NCBI GenBank assembly: GCA_010909165.1
Contig: MU008169.1
Coordinates: forward strand, 1,240,001 to 1,304,000
Reading direction: 5' to 3'
DNA length: 64,000 nt
From: Anthoceros angustus
Taxonomy: Eukaryota > Plantae > Anthocerotophyta
Within the stretch, counting starts at the first letter, position 1; each line of letters opens with the position of its first letter. Below are positions 49,101 to 59,231 of the stretch, piece by piece. The notes beneath the pieces are model-generated. The model had not been told where the DNA came from and did no database searches. It saw nothing but the letters and a program-made list of their open reading frames with translations. The translations under genes were made by a program, and so were the position numbers.

Positions 49101-49923
49101 GGAGATATTCAAAGCACCTGGCAATGTAGGTGCACAGGGCTTGAATACATCCTTCAGCATTTTTGAAGACAAGCTCACGGTAGTGGCTGCTCACCATCTA
49201 AGTGCAGCTGCAGCATCTGGACAGCCCTACAATCCCTGTTTCTTTGATGCGGTGGACGGACTCCTCTCCGCTGTTCATTCCAGCTGTACACCGACACCAG
49301 AGAGCCTTGCACGGCGAGCATCTCGAATGCCCCTCTCCCTGGCTCACATTCTCTTGAATGACAATGCTGTCAACTTGCCAAGCTATGTATTCCGCCCTTC
49401 TTTTTCGCTGGTTGCTGCCAGTGTGGATCTGGGAGCAAGCTTCACCAACAATCTGACCGCCTCTGTTGCCAATTTCCAACTTGATATCTCCATTTCGTCT
49501 GGGACGGGCACTGCGGGGGCCGCTATTGCTTGCTTCTCCATGCTTGCTCCCCTGAACGTCTTGCAGTGGACAACAACGGATTGGTTTGATGCCCTGGTGG
49601 CCGTCCATCAGGTCTGCGATTTTACAATATCTGGTATCCTTGATAATGCTGTTACCGCAGTTGTTTCGTTTGTCGATCTCCTTCCACCTGTAAAGAACAC
49701 CACATATGCAATTGCTGGAATTAGTGGAGAAGATGGCAGCAGTCCCACTATTTTTTACGGTACTGGATATGAAGATGGACAGATATCCGTGCATGTACCC
49801 AGCAATGCAACTTCGTCACGTGTCTTGCTTGTTCAGATTGTTAGCGGCAGCCCAGGGCATAGGGCTGGGATCCAAGGTTACAGCTTCCTCTTGGTTGCGG
49901 CGGCAGCATTTTGGTTTCTGTAG
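37194..49923 (+). CDS. Giant (>4,160 aa) extracellular protein: ~26 filamin/Ig-like repeats + PKD/REJ-like module + hydrophobic C-terminus; exons 37194-38773 and 39004-49923, 5' exon(s) unresolved
   Basis: 544-aa and 3641-aa ORFs join in frame through a GT-AG phase-0 intron 38774-39003 (YQ|VNVSVNG); repeated D-x-(Y/F)-G-N / G.Y.V.Y / GSPF...V.PG motifs; PQLLSAKL..FDSDTD and ISPCDTLVLDASDSSGSGGRPLIFKY, YEWSQ, YAWTC typical of REJ-region proteins; many N-x-S/T sequons. Confidence 0.88.
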
Positions 49924-51386
49924 GTAATTAATTATCGGAACGCGCGAAGTTTGGGAAGAAGCTGGAAATAGATGGTGAAAATGTCTTTAGCTATGAAGTC
50001 TGAATAGGGAGAAGCAAATTAGCGCCTATACAAGTGGCCAAGTTGTATAGGTGTTATATAATAAAGAAGTGAGAATGCGTTGAATAAGAGGATTTATTAT
50101 ATTACTTTTATTCGTCATCCCAAACAGATGTCTCACATGCTCCAAAGCCCCCACATATTGGAAGGAGCACAATTTCCAGCAAACTGGAGCAAAAATCCTC
50201 CACGAACTCGGTCAGTCCTCTATTCCCATTGAATTGCCTGGTCATGGTCTAGGCGAGGTTTCAGTGACGAACGTAGGAATTCCACACACGAAACTTTTGA
50301 CCGGCCACTCCAGTGAGGATTGGGTGGTGCCCTTTTGACGAGGGATCAGAAGCTTCCGACCCGTTGTCTGTCTTTCTCAAGTTTTTCGATAGGAACCATA
50401 GGAGGCGGATTTTAACTACAGCTAATCAGTGGGCTTCTGAAAGTGATTGGGGTACTCGCAGTTTCGAACATGTGTCTATGATTGGTTGAAGTCAAAGCTT
50501 AGGTAGCTGTATCTGCATCTACATGGCAATAATACTGAGGCTTCCAAGTAAGCGGCTTTATTAGACACGAAATATTTTTCATGGTTGCGATGAATCTGAC
50601 GTTTTGTCCGACGTTCAGCAGTCATTGCCAAAGGCCATGAATCTTGGGCGCCGGCATGCCGGGCCCTAGGTGTGTCACTTACGGCGTGTTTAGGGTCTTC
50701 ACACCCTCGGTTGTTGTGCACAACGACATCGACCGTGTCTGGATTGGATGTATAGTGCGAATATAGAAATAGCCGTATGCATTCCCTTCGATGTTGCTAC
50801 AGAGATGGTCGCCCATGTTCATTTACTATTGTTTAATGAATGGCACGCACTAACGACATGGGCATCATTTCCATTGAAAACAATGGTCTACCTGTAGGTC
50901 GAACCCTTCATCTACCACTATGGGCCGCTAAAAGACATAAAATTCTCTACGACACCCTAATTGTGTGCCCTCTTTTGCAGGGTATGCTCAAATACGCATT
51001 TCAATGCCCATCGAAAACCCCGTTTCGCGTATATTCACGTCAAAAGCCGCTTGATGTATATTCAGCCGCTTCAAATATTATGCTGTTATAAGTCCTTCTT
51101 CACTTGTGTTAAAAGCTCCTAGCTACTCACAAAGATAAAATTATCGTCAACATATAAAGCAATGATACATAATCCATTTGTTGTGTGCAGGACATAGACA
51201 CTACAATCAGCTGCAATAGGGACAAAACCGAGGGCTCGAAGCTTTTTGTCTACTCGCCCGTTCCATATACATGCTGATTGTTTCACCCAAGTAGGGATTT
51301 AAGCAGCTCACATACCAGTTCGGGATCCAGGATATAGCCTTCTAGCTGCATCATGAAGATGGTCTCATCAAGGGGGTTACTTGTAA

Positions 51387-51843
51387 TGTTACTTGTACTA
51401 TTCCAATATGACATCATAACCTATTTGTCCACATGCTTGACGTAGGCCACCTCTCAAAACGGAAAAGGAGGAGATCGATCCATGAGGGTATATGTCTAGA
51501 ACATAGTGTGACTTTCAACATGATAGCCTGAATATGTATTGGTGAAAATGTTTTCAGGCAATTAAGGATTTGAGGAAACTTGTGATAAGCCCCAAAACTC
51601 CAAACTAAAGCTAGCCTCAAAAACGTTCAATTGACCGCAAAATTTACGAGAGCAACAATTGTTGCTTGTCGCTCCGCACGAGGAGGCTTGGTGTGGTATG
51701 TCAATGTGCTCGGTGGTCGACAAGAGCTGCGAGTATGGAATTCGAGGCTGTTCCTATGCCGTTGGTAGTTTTGTCGGACCCATAAAGTGTTTGTTGTTCT
51801 TATTATATACCATTTAACTATGTATATATGTAGGTATGCAGTG
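51387..51843 (+). repeat. ~455-bp direct repeat, copy 1
   Basis: Highly similar to 53931-54388. Confidence 0.9.
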
Positions 51844-53159
51844 CTCAAACCTTCGAACCACTTCCAGAGTTATAATCTATATTAATTGGACTTCAAAAGC
51901 ATAAAAGGAGATCTTTTAATTGGATTAAGAAGGTGGGAATGCACGAAGCAATGGAGCTAACTACCGTACCACGAAGAGTGCTTGCGCAGAAATTAATTGA
52001 AAATATAAAATATTGAATTTTTGGAAATTAAATAACTCAAAATGCCGGACTCTCGAGAAACGATCACTAGAAACTGCCAAAAAGCGAGAAAACACTACGT
52101 GCACATGCCAGACTCTAGAAAAAGGTGAGAATCTTGCTGTGAGCGAGAGGGCGAGTGGGAGGCCAGGCTTGTCGGGAGCTGGTTGTGGAATTGGGGAGCG
52201 GGTCGTGGAGGGCCTCGCGGGACACTGGTCTCCCACGCGGCTCATTCTTGGAGGCATTGCTGGCTGCTTTCCCAAAGAAGAAGGCTCGATGAAACTAGGG
52301 TTTGATTGGGAGACAAGGGTTTCTTTGGGGGAGGTACACGTGCTTGGTTCTAAGTAAGTATAAATTTTAATAAATGTTAAAATCTGATAACAATATTTGC
52401 AGAGAATGTTGAAACTCTCAAAAATAGAAATATAAGTATTGACCTTACTGTTTTTCAAAAGTTAGTCATTTTGGCAGTATCTCTCGAAGCACCTCTCGGG
52501 GTACGGTACGTAGTACATAGCCCAACGTGCGCCTTGATGTTTCATTTGGTGCAAACATTTGCCGAGTGCCTTGAAATTCTACCCCCGTCCTTGAGTTCGA
52601 TCTAACCTGTGCACACAATCCACCATACATACCACAACGGCGAGTTGAAGACGTCCTCCCTCCAAGGGAATAGAAGTCCAAGGTAGAAAGTCATCCTACC
52701 ATCACCACAACATCTAAGTCCTCAACAACCAAGAGGACAAGTCGGCGACCAACTCAAACTCTTGCCCCTTGATTTTCTCTTCTCAACAGTGCACTTTTCT
52801 CCCCCCTGCCAGCCCTCAAACTCACCGCGACATGTAGTTGGGACGATTCCTGGAGATCTGCCCCCGCGTATCCCTATTAATTACTAGCAATCAGCATGTG
52901 CAGTTGCCAAGTCTTGGAAAGTTTAAAAAAAAAAAAAATCCATCTCATTTTCTTCAAAAAGACCTTGTTAATCAAAGCTTGTGTGGTTCAGCATTTAAAA
53001 CAAAAAACAAAACCTTGCCATCCTTTCGAATTCTGAAACAAAACATCAAAGACCAAAACTTGTTAGAGGCTATATATATGTGGCAAGATGTGGTATGAGC
53101 ATTACACCTTTCTTGCTTGAATTTTAAGCAAAGTCGACCTCTTGGTATTAGTGATAGCC

Positions 53160-54362
53160 ATGGCGGGATGCCACGCGTCTAGTTGGATGATTGTGGTCTT
53201 GGGGTTCTGTTTGTGCAGCGCTATAGGCGCTGTATTAGTTGGTGGCGTCAAAAATGTCCCACGTCTTCAAAAGTTTGGGACAATGTTAACCTTTAATTGC
53301 TCGAGATTATGGACGCGAGATGATAAATTTCCGTATGCTTTTGAAACATGTCGTGTAATTTGCGTAAAATGCATGCAATTATTCTTTATGACTTATTTTG
53401 TGTGCTATTGCGTTTTGTCTATTGTACAAAGATTCTTGCCTGCACCTTGCGATAATGTGGATTATTCCAAGATTGGCTTAGAGCACGACAAGTGGTTTGT
53501 TGGAGATAACGAGAGCTACGAGCACCTGAAATGTGGGAGTTTTTACTATATTTGCCAAGCTCAATCAAACACTGGCAAGTGTCATGGGCAAGGAACCATG
53601 CGCGATTTGTGGGTGGCTTCGGTTTTGACGAAAGTCTATATGGTCGTGATATCCATAATGTGGTATCTTTGGCTACATGGTCTGATATGCATCGGGGGCA
53701 AGTGCCGCTACCGACCAACGATGAGTATGCTCTTATCCGGTAAATTTTTTTTTTGTTTTGGTTTGTAAGTCATGTTACTACTTGTACTATTCCAATATGA
53801 CATCGTAACCTATTTGTCCACATGCTTGACGTAGGGGACCTCTTGTCAAAAGCTGAAAAGGAGGAGCTGGTACCGACCAACGATGATGAGTATGCTTTTA
53901 TGCGGTAAGATATTTACTTTTTGCAAGTCATGTTACTTGTACTATTCCAATATGACATCATAACCTATTTGTCCACATGCTTGACGTAGGCCACCTCTTG
54001 TCAAAACGGAAAAGGAGGAGATCGATCCATGAGGGTATATGTCTAGAACATAGTGTGACTTTCAATATGATTGCCTGAATATGTATTCGTGAAAACGTTT
54101 TCAGGCAATTAAGGATTTGAGAAAATTTGTCCCAAAACTCCAAACTAAAGCTAGCCTCAAAAACGTTCAATTGACCTCAAAATTTACGAGAGAAACAATT
54201 GTTGCTTGTCGCTCCGCACGAGGAGGCTTGGCGTGGTATGTCAATGTGCTCGGTGGTCGACAAGAGCTGCGAGTATGGAATTCGAGAGTCGGTTCCGCCG
54301 ACGTCACCGGTAGTTTTGTCGGACCCATAAAGTGTTTGTTGTTCTTATTATATACCATTTAA
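53160..54362 (+). pseudogene. Putative secreted Cys-containing protein gene, probably disrupted
   Basis: TATATATA at 53071; ATG 53160 begins a signal-peptide-like stretch (MIVVLGFCLCSAIGAVLVGG); splice-like sites at ~53431, 53740, 53989, 54032, 54104, but no stop-free phase-consistent model could be built. Confidence 0.4.
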
Positions 54363-54388
54363 CTATGTATATATGTAGGTATGTAGTG
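53931..54388 (+). repeat. ~455-bp direct repeat, copy 2 (partial extra copies at ~53765-53865 and a diverged one at ~54715-54890)
   Basis: Direct alignment by eye with 51387-51843. Confidence 0.9.
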
Positions 54389-56185
54389 AGATTGTTCTAT
54401 TTCTATGTCTTAAAGCTAGCCATGTAGTGTAGTTGGGCTATGTTAAATAAAAAGCCGGATGACGGTGATATGTTATGCATAAACTTAAAACATTCTTAGG
54501 AAGTTGGATTGTTTTCTTGGTTTTTTTTTCGTTATTTACATCTTTGCATAGCATAGACAACAATGGATTATATGAGGGACAACATTTCATAGAAACAATT
54601 CCACTCTTCTCAAATTTCATGAAAGATTTGTAGGAATTTTTTATCGTGATTATTTTTATCTCAATTATTTGTAGGAAATTTGGAATAATCTCTAAAACTC
54701 TAAAATTGATAATTAGTCTAAAAACGGTTCAAATTCTTGCAAAATTTACTTAAAAATGAGATTATAAAAGTCTAACTAGAAAAACAAGTGTTGCTTGTTG
54801 CTCAACACGAGGAGTTTTGGAGTGGTGCGTCAGCGTGCTCATGCTCTGTGCTTGACACAAGCGACTGCGAGTATACAGATATGGAATTCAAGAGAGCTTT
54901 GTTTTTCGCTGGCGCACGTTTCTAAGAGTTATTAGGTTCGTCTATAGTGAACATGAACATGGGTTTTACTTCCTTTTGTATGCATGGTATAGAAGAGTCG
55001 TTAGGTGCATCTACAATGAGCATGAACTAAGATTCAACTGAATAACATTGAAGAAATGAGGAATGAGAGTTGTTGGAGCAAGATGCCTTACAGTGCTTTG
55101 GGAAATGCAACTTGCACCTTGCACATCAACACCTAGGACAAGCTGCTGTGCACTTCCTTTCTAATTAATGGGGTACTTGAGAAATGTATTGTGACCACTA
55201 GAAGAATTGGCATGATGCCGAATGTAACTTAGTCCGTACAGAGAACCTGGCTCATATGGCCTACTCGGATTGCTATTTTTCAGGATTCTATCGCATCCTC
55301 TTATCTTGAGTGCTCTTGTGTTTACAGGATTGCAATATGTTGACTCCTTTTTGCTGATTAGAGACAAGCTTGCGTTTGTTTGTGAGAAGGCAGTGGAACC
55401 ATGGACCTTTTCTGGATTGTTGGCTCTTAGTTTGAGTAGATTGCTAGCTTAATCCTCTTCCATACCTTGTTCTAGATAGCAGTTCATTTTCTTTCCTATG
55501 ATATTATACAGGGAATTAAGTTTATAGTCTATAAGGTTAGTGTCCAATGCGCTTAATGCATCATGTGTATATATTTGTACAAAATATAGCCTTTACTTAT
55601 AGTGCGGGATGTCTGGTCCATCCTCCCTAAAGGGATCCTATGCCACACCTAAGGCCTGAGCAAGAAAGGGAGCAATAATTAACTGGGCTGCGCCGAATTC
55701 GTACCGCGCAGCATTAACCACGGCCACGCCGGTGTATCAGTAGGCCGAAATGAATGAGCAAATCAAAATTCATGTACGATGAATTAGGCATTATGAGGAG
55801 GTTTCTGAGAAGGCAGTGCGCACCAGCCCTGCATCCCACGCACGTGCCTACCGTGTGCTGTCTCTGCCCGGACCTACCCGACCTCACCGAGCCTACGTCA
55901 GGCGGCGCCCGGACACGACAAATCAAGGCCGCTAGCCACGCGTCGGCGTCTCAACTAGCGCACACAACTAGGTCCGGCGCAGGCAGCAAGGTCGGGATTC
56001 CGGCCCGGGCATTGGATTCGGCTCGGGGCAGCCCCGGAGGCGCGCCACGGCACCGAAGCGGGGTCATTGGCGGGACGCAAATGCAATAAACGTCCGGGCT
56101 GGGCAAAACGTGGAGAAGTGGTGGAGAGAGGAGCGAGGCGAGAGCCTGCGCCTGGAGAGAAGAAGAGACGAGAAAAGAGCCGAGG

Positions 56186-56232
56186 CGAGACAAGGCGAGA
56201 CGAGACGAGACGAGACGAGACGAGACGAGACG
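56186..56232 (+). repeat. (CGAGA)n pentanucleotide microsatellite upstream of Pur-alpha
   Basis: cgaga/gagac repeated ~7-8 times. Confidence 0.9.
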
Positions 56233-56654
56233 TGAGGAGAAGAAACGGAGGAGGAGGAGACGCGAAGGCGGGATCGGCGCGAAGCAAGAAATGCGAGAGC
56301 GGGCAGGCGCCGTGCCTGCGTAATTGCGCATGCCACTGGCAGGAGGAAAATCTCGGGTAAATTACATCGGCCGGCAGCCCAATTTGAGCTTGCCGGGATC
56401 GGATGCGGTGTGCGGGAGGAGCAGGATCGGGGGGGCCTGCTGCGGCCGAGGCGAGGTGGTGCGGGTGCGGGGGAATTTGCATGGAGAGCAGATGATGCGA
56501 GTGGCGGGGAAGGGGCGGAGGTGGCCGCGCGAAGGGGCGGGGAAAGGGAGAGTGATCGGTGCATGGCTTCTTTCTAGGCCGGGGCTGCGGCGGGTGCGGG
56601 AGGGAGGGAGGGTTGGCAAATTGCGGGGGCCGGGGCCGGGGTGAGGCGGATCCG

Positions 56655-58471
56655 ATGGACGCTGCGCCTGGTGCCGATGCGGAGCTGGTGTGCAAGACGC
56701 TGCAGGTGGAGCACAAGCTCTTCTACTTCGACTTGAAGGAAAATCCGCGTGGCCGATATCTGAAGATCTCTGAGAAGACTTCGGGCTCGCGCTCCACCAT
56801 CATCGTGCCTGTTGCCGGAGTCGTTTGGTTTGTAGATCTCTTCACTTATTATGCCACTGGCGAGGATCCTGAGCCTGCTAGCAAGGAATTGCAGCTCGAT
56901 ACCAAGGTAGGCCTTTCTGCGTGTGATGGTTTCGGGAAAGAGTTTGCCAATTGGTCCTGCGTCGATGAGATTGTGGTGTGGAGTTGAGGAGGAGGAATGT
57001 CGGTTGTGGCAACAACTTCCTGAGGTTTTGTTCTGGAAATGTGTTGCCTTGAATGCCGTGCTTGGCTTGCGGTTACTGCTGCCTTGTGTTTCACTGCTTT
57101 TTTTCTTGGACTGTTGGCTGCTTCGGTGTTCAGCCGTTTGCCCTATTTCGTCAGGGTGTGTTGGCACCGTCCTATTGATGGCTCACGGAAGCACGTTTTA
57201 AAGAACCGTTGTGAAACCGGGGGAATGACGGTCGGCGGTGGTACAGGTTGCAAGTTGTTTGCTAGCTCTTAAATCAACAATGTCGCGTCTTACGTATTGT
57301 CTTGATAGTGGCTGTTGTCAGACCTTTCTAGGTTCTTTGCAAGAAAGTGTTGTTGCGATATAGTGATAGTGAAGATCATGTAAAGGTGGTTGCTTGGTCA
57401 TTGTTGTGTGTCAAGTAGTCTGCTGCTGTTTCTGGGAGGTGATTCTTGCCTTGTTGAGTGGTCACCCTGGTTTACAACCTGGACTTGCAGGTGTTCTACT
57501 TTGATGTTGGTGAAAATCCAAGAGGCCGTTTCTTGAAGGTATGGCTTGTCACATGTTCTAGCTGCTATAGCAAACCTTTGCAGTCGGAATTTCTTACTTG
57601 CACCATGTACGGGGTGAAAGATGTACTGGCCTACATTGTGCAGGTTTCAGAAGCGTCGGTGACGCGGAGTCGTAGCACAATCATTGTCCCTGCTGGTAGT
57701 GCAGCAGATGAGGGCTGGGCTGCCTTCCGTGATGTTCTCGTGGAGATTCAAGAAGCTCTACGGGTTATGCATCCCCCACCTAACGGCTTTCTCCCCTCCC
57801 AGGTACTCGCATAGGATATAATCCTTGTGTTATCTGTTGTCTGCAGGTTTTGATATGAACTCCGCCCCGTTGCTTTTATTGATCAGAAAGGCTTTGAGTG
57901 TCTAGGTTGCTGGCTTCCTGCGATTGAGACTTTGTAATTTGTGTGCTATTTAAGACTTCCAGCCCTCAAGAACACCTTGGAAGTCTGTCGGATTCTGTGG
58001 GTGCTGGATTTCTGCCAAGTGTGAATCCACAGACAATGGCCTCAAGCAGCATTGGGGATCAATCAATTCACACGTCAGGGCCACCAGGCAGTGATTCCGG
58101 TGGTATGACATCTGCGGCCAGGGTCATCAGGGCTGAACAGAAGAAATTCTTCTTTGATCTTGGAAGCAATGCACGTGGCCAGTACCTTCGAATTTCAGAG
58201 GTGTGATCCTTTGCTCACGTTGTGGAAAGCTGTGCTTACGTTGCCGTAAATTCATCATTAGCCATATAAGTGAGTGAGTCTCTGAACGCTCCATCTTGTT
58301 CAGGTGATCGGAGCTGATAGATCTGCTATCATTCTACCTGCTTCCGCTCTGGAGCAGTTTCATGAAGCTTTGGGCCAGTTTGTAGAAATGGTGAAAAGTC
58401 AAGGCCTAGTGGGAACAGGCGTCGCAAATGTGCGAACTATTGGGCCTCCTAGGAAGCGGTCGGACGGCTAG
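56655..58471 (+). CDS. PURA1: Transcription factor Pur-alpha; exons 56655-56906, 57491-57538, 57644-57802, 57955-58200, 58304-58471
   Basis: Three PUR repeats: ELVCKTLQVEHKLFYFDLKENPRGRYLKISE; SKELQLDTK|VFYFDVGENPRGRFLK|VSE; IRAEQKKFFFDLGSNARGQYLRISE|VIGADRSAIILP. Confidence 0.95.
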
Positions 58472-59231
58472 AGTGAGGTTTGCTTTGTTTGCCAGTCGGA
58501 TCGCCGGTGGTGTTGATGCCCCAGGTACAAATATCGGCAACAAGCAAGCTGTCAATCAAGGACCGTCACTAGTTGTGGTGATGACCCCACTGCCGGTGGG
58601 GGGCATCTCAGATAGGCTCTCAGCTGCCACTGATCCGGGCTTTTGGTTTTGCACTGACTTTCCTGTCTGCTCGTAGAAGTTGGTTGGATGAAAGAGTTGT
58701 AACATCCGCGTTGCGGGGTGCAGTAGCAGTTGAGTTGCTCTTCAGTAATGTTGGACTGTTTGCTTTGCTGTTACTGGGCTGTGCGCAGGAGACGTGGGAT
58801 ATTTTTACCACCTCCTGCTTTTTTGATGCGTGCTGCATGAGTTGCAGTCGCCTTCGGGACTGGTCTAGGGATATAGGCTCAGAAATGGCTCTCATGTTCT
58901 GAGAGTTTCACTGCGTGAGAGGCTGCTACTCTCTAAGTTTATCTTTTGTAACTACGGTGGAGGCCAATCGCTTGAATTTATGAAATTTCCAAATTTTCGC
59001 AAAGGTTCACTTTGGACTGAATCCAGCTCTTCAACTACCGGTGAAGAGTTGTACATTGATTACTAATTAAACCTACTTGAACTCACCGTACCAGGAGCCA
59101 CATCCACTTGTGCCACATTCATTTCGCAAAATATAGGCAGCTCGAATGGTTTATCCTTTACTACAAAAGTTTCCTAGAGAGAGGTAGGTAGTTGGTCACT
59201 GAATCAAAATTTCGTGCCATACCGACATGCC

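Noticed and set aside
51387-54388. The 455-bp direct repeats as LTRs of a TRIM/LARD
   Set aside because: No PBS, PPT or TSD identified; extra partial copies and exon-like content fit local duplication better.
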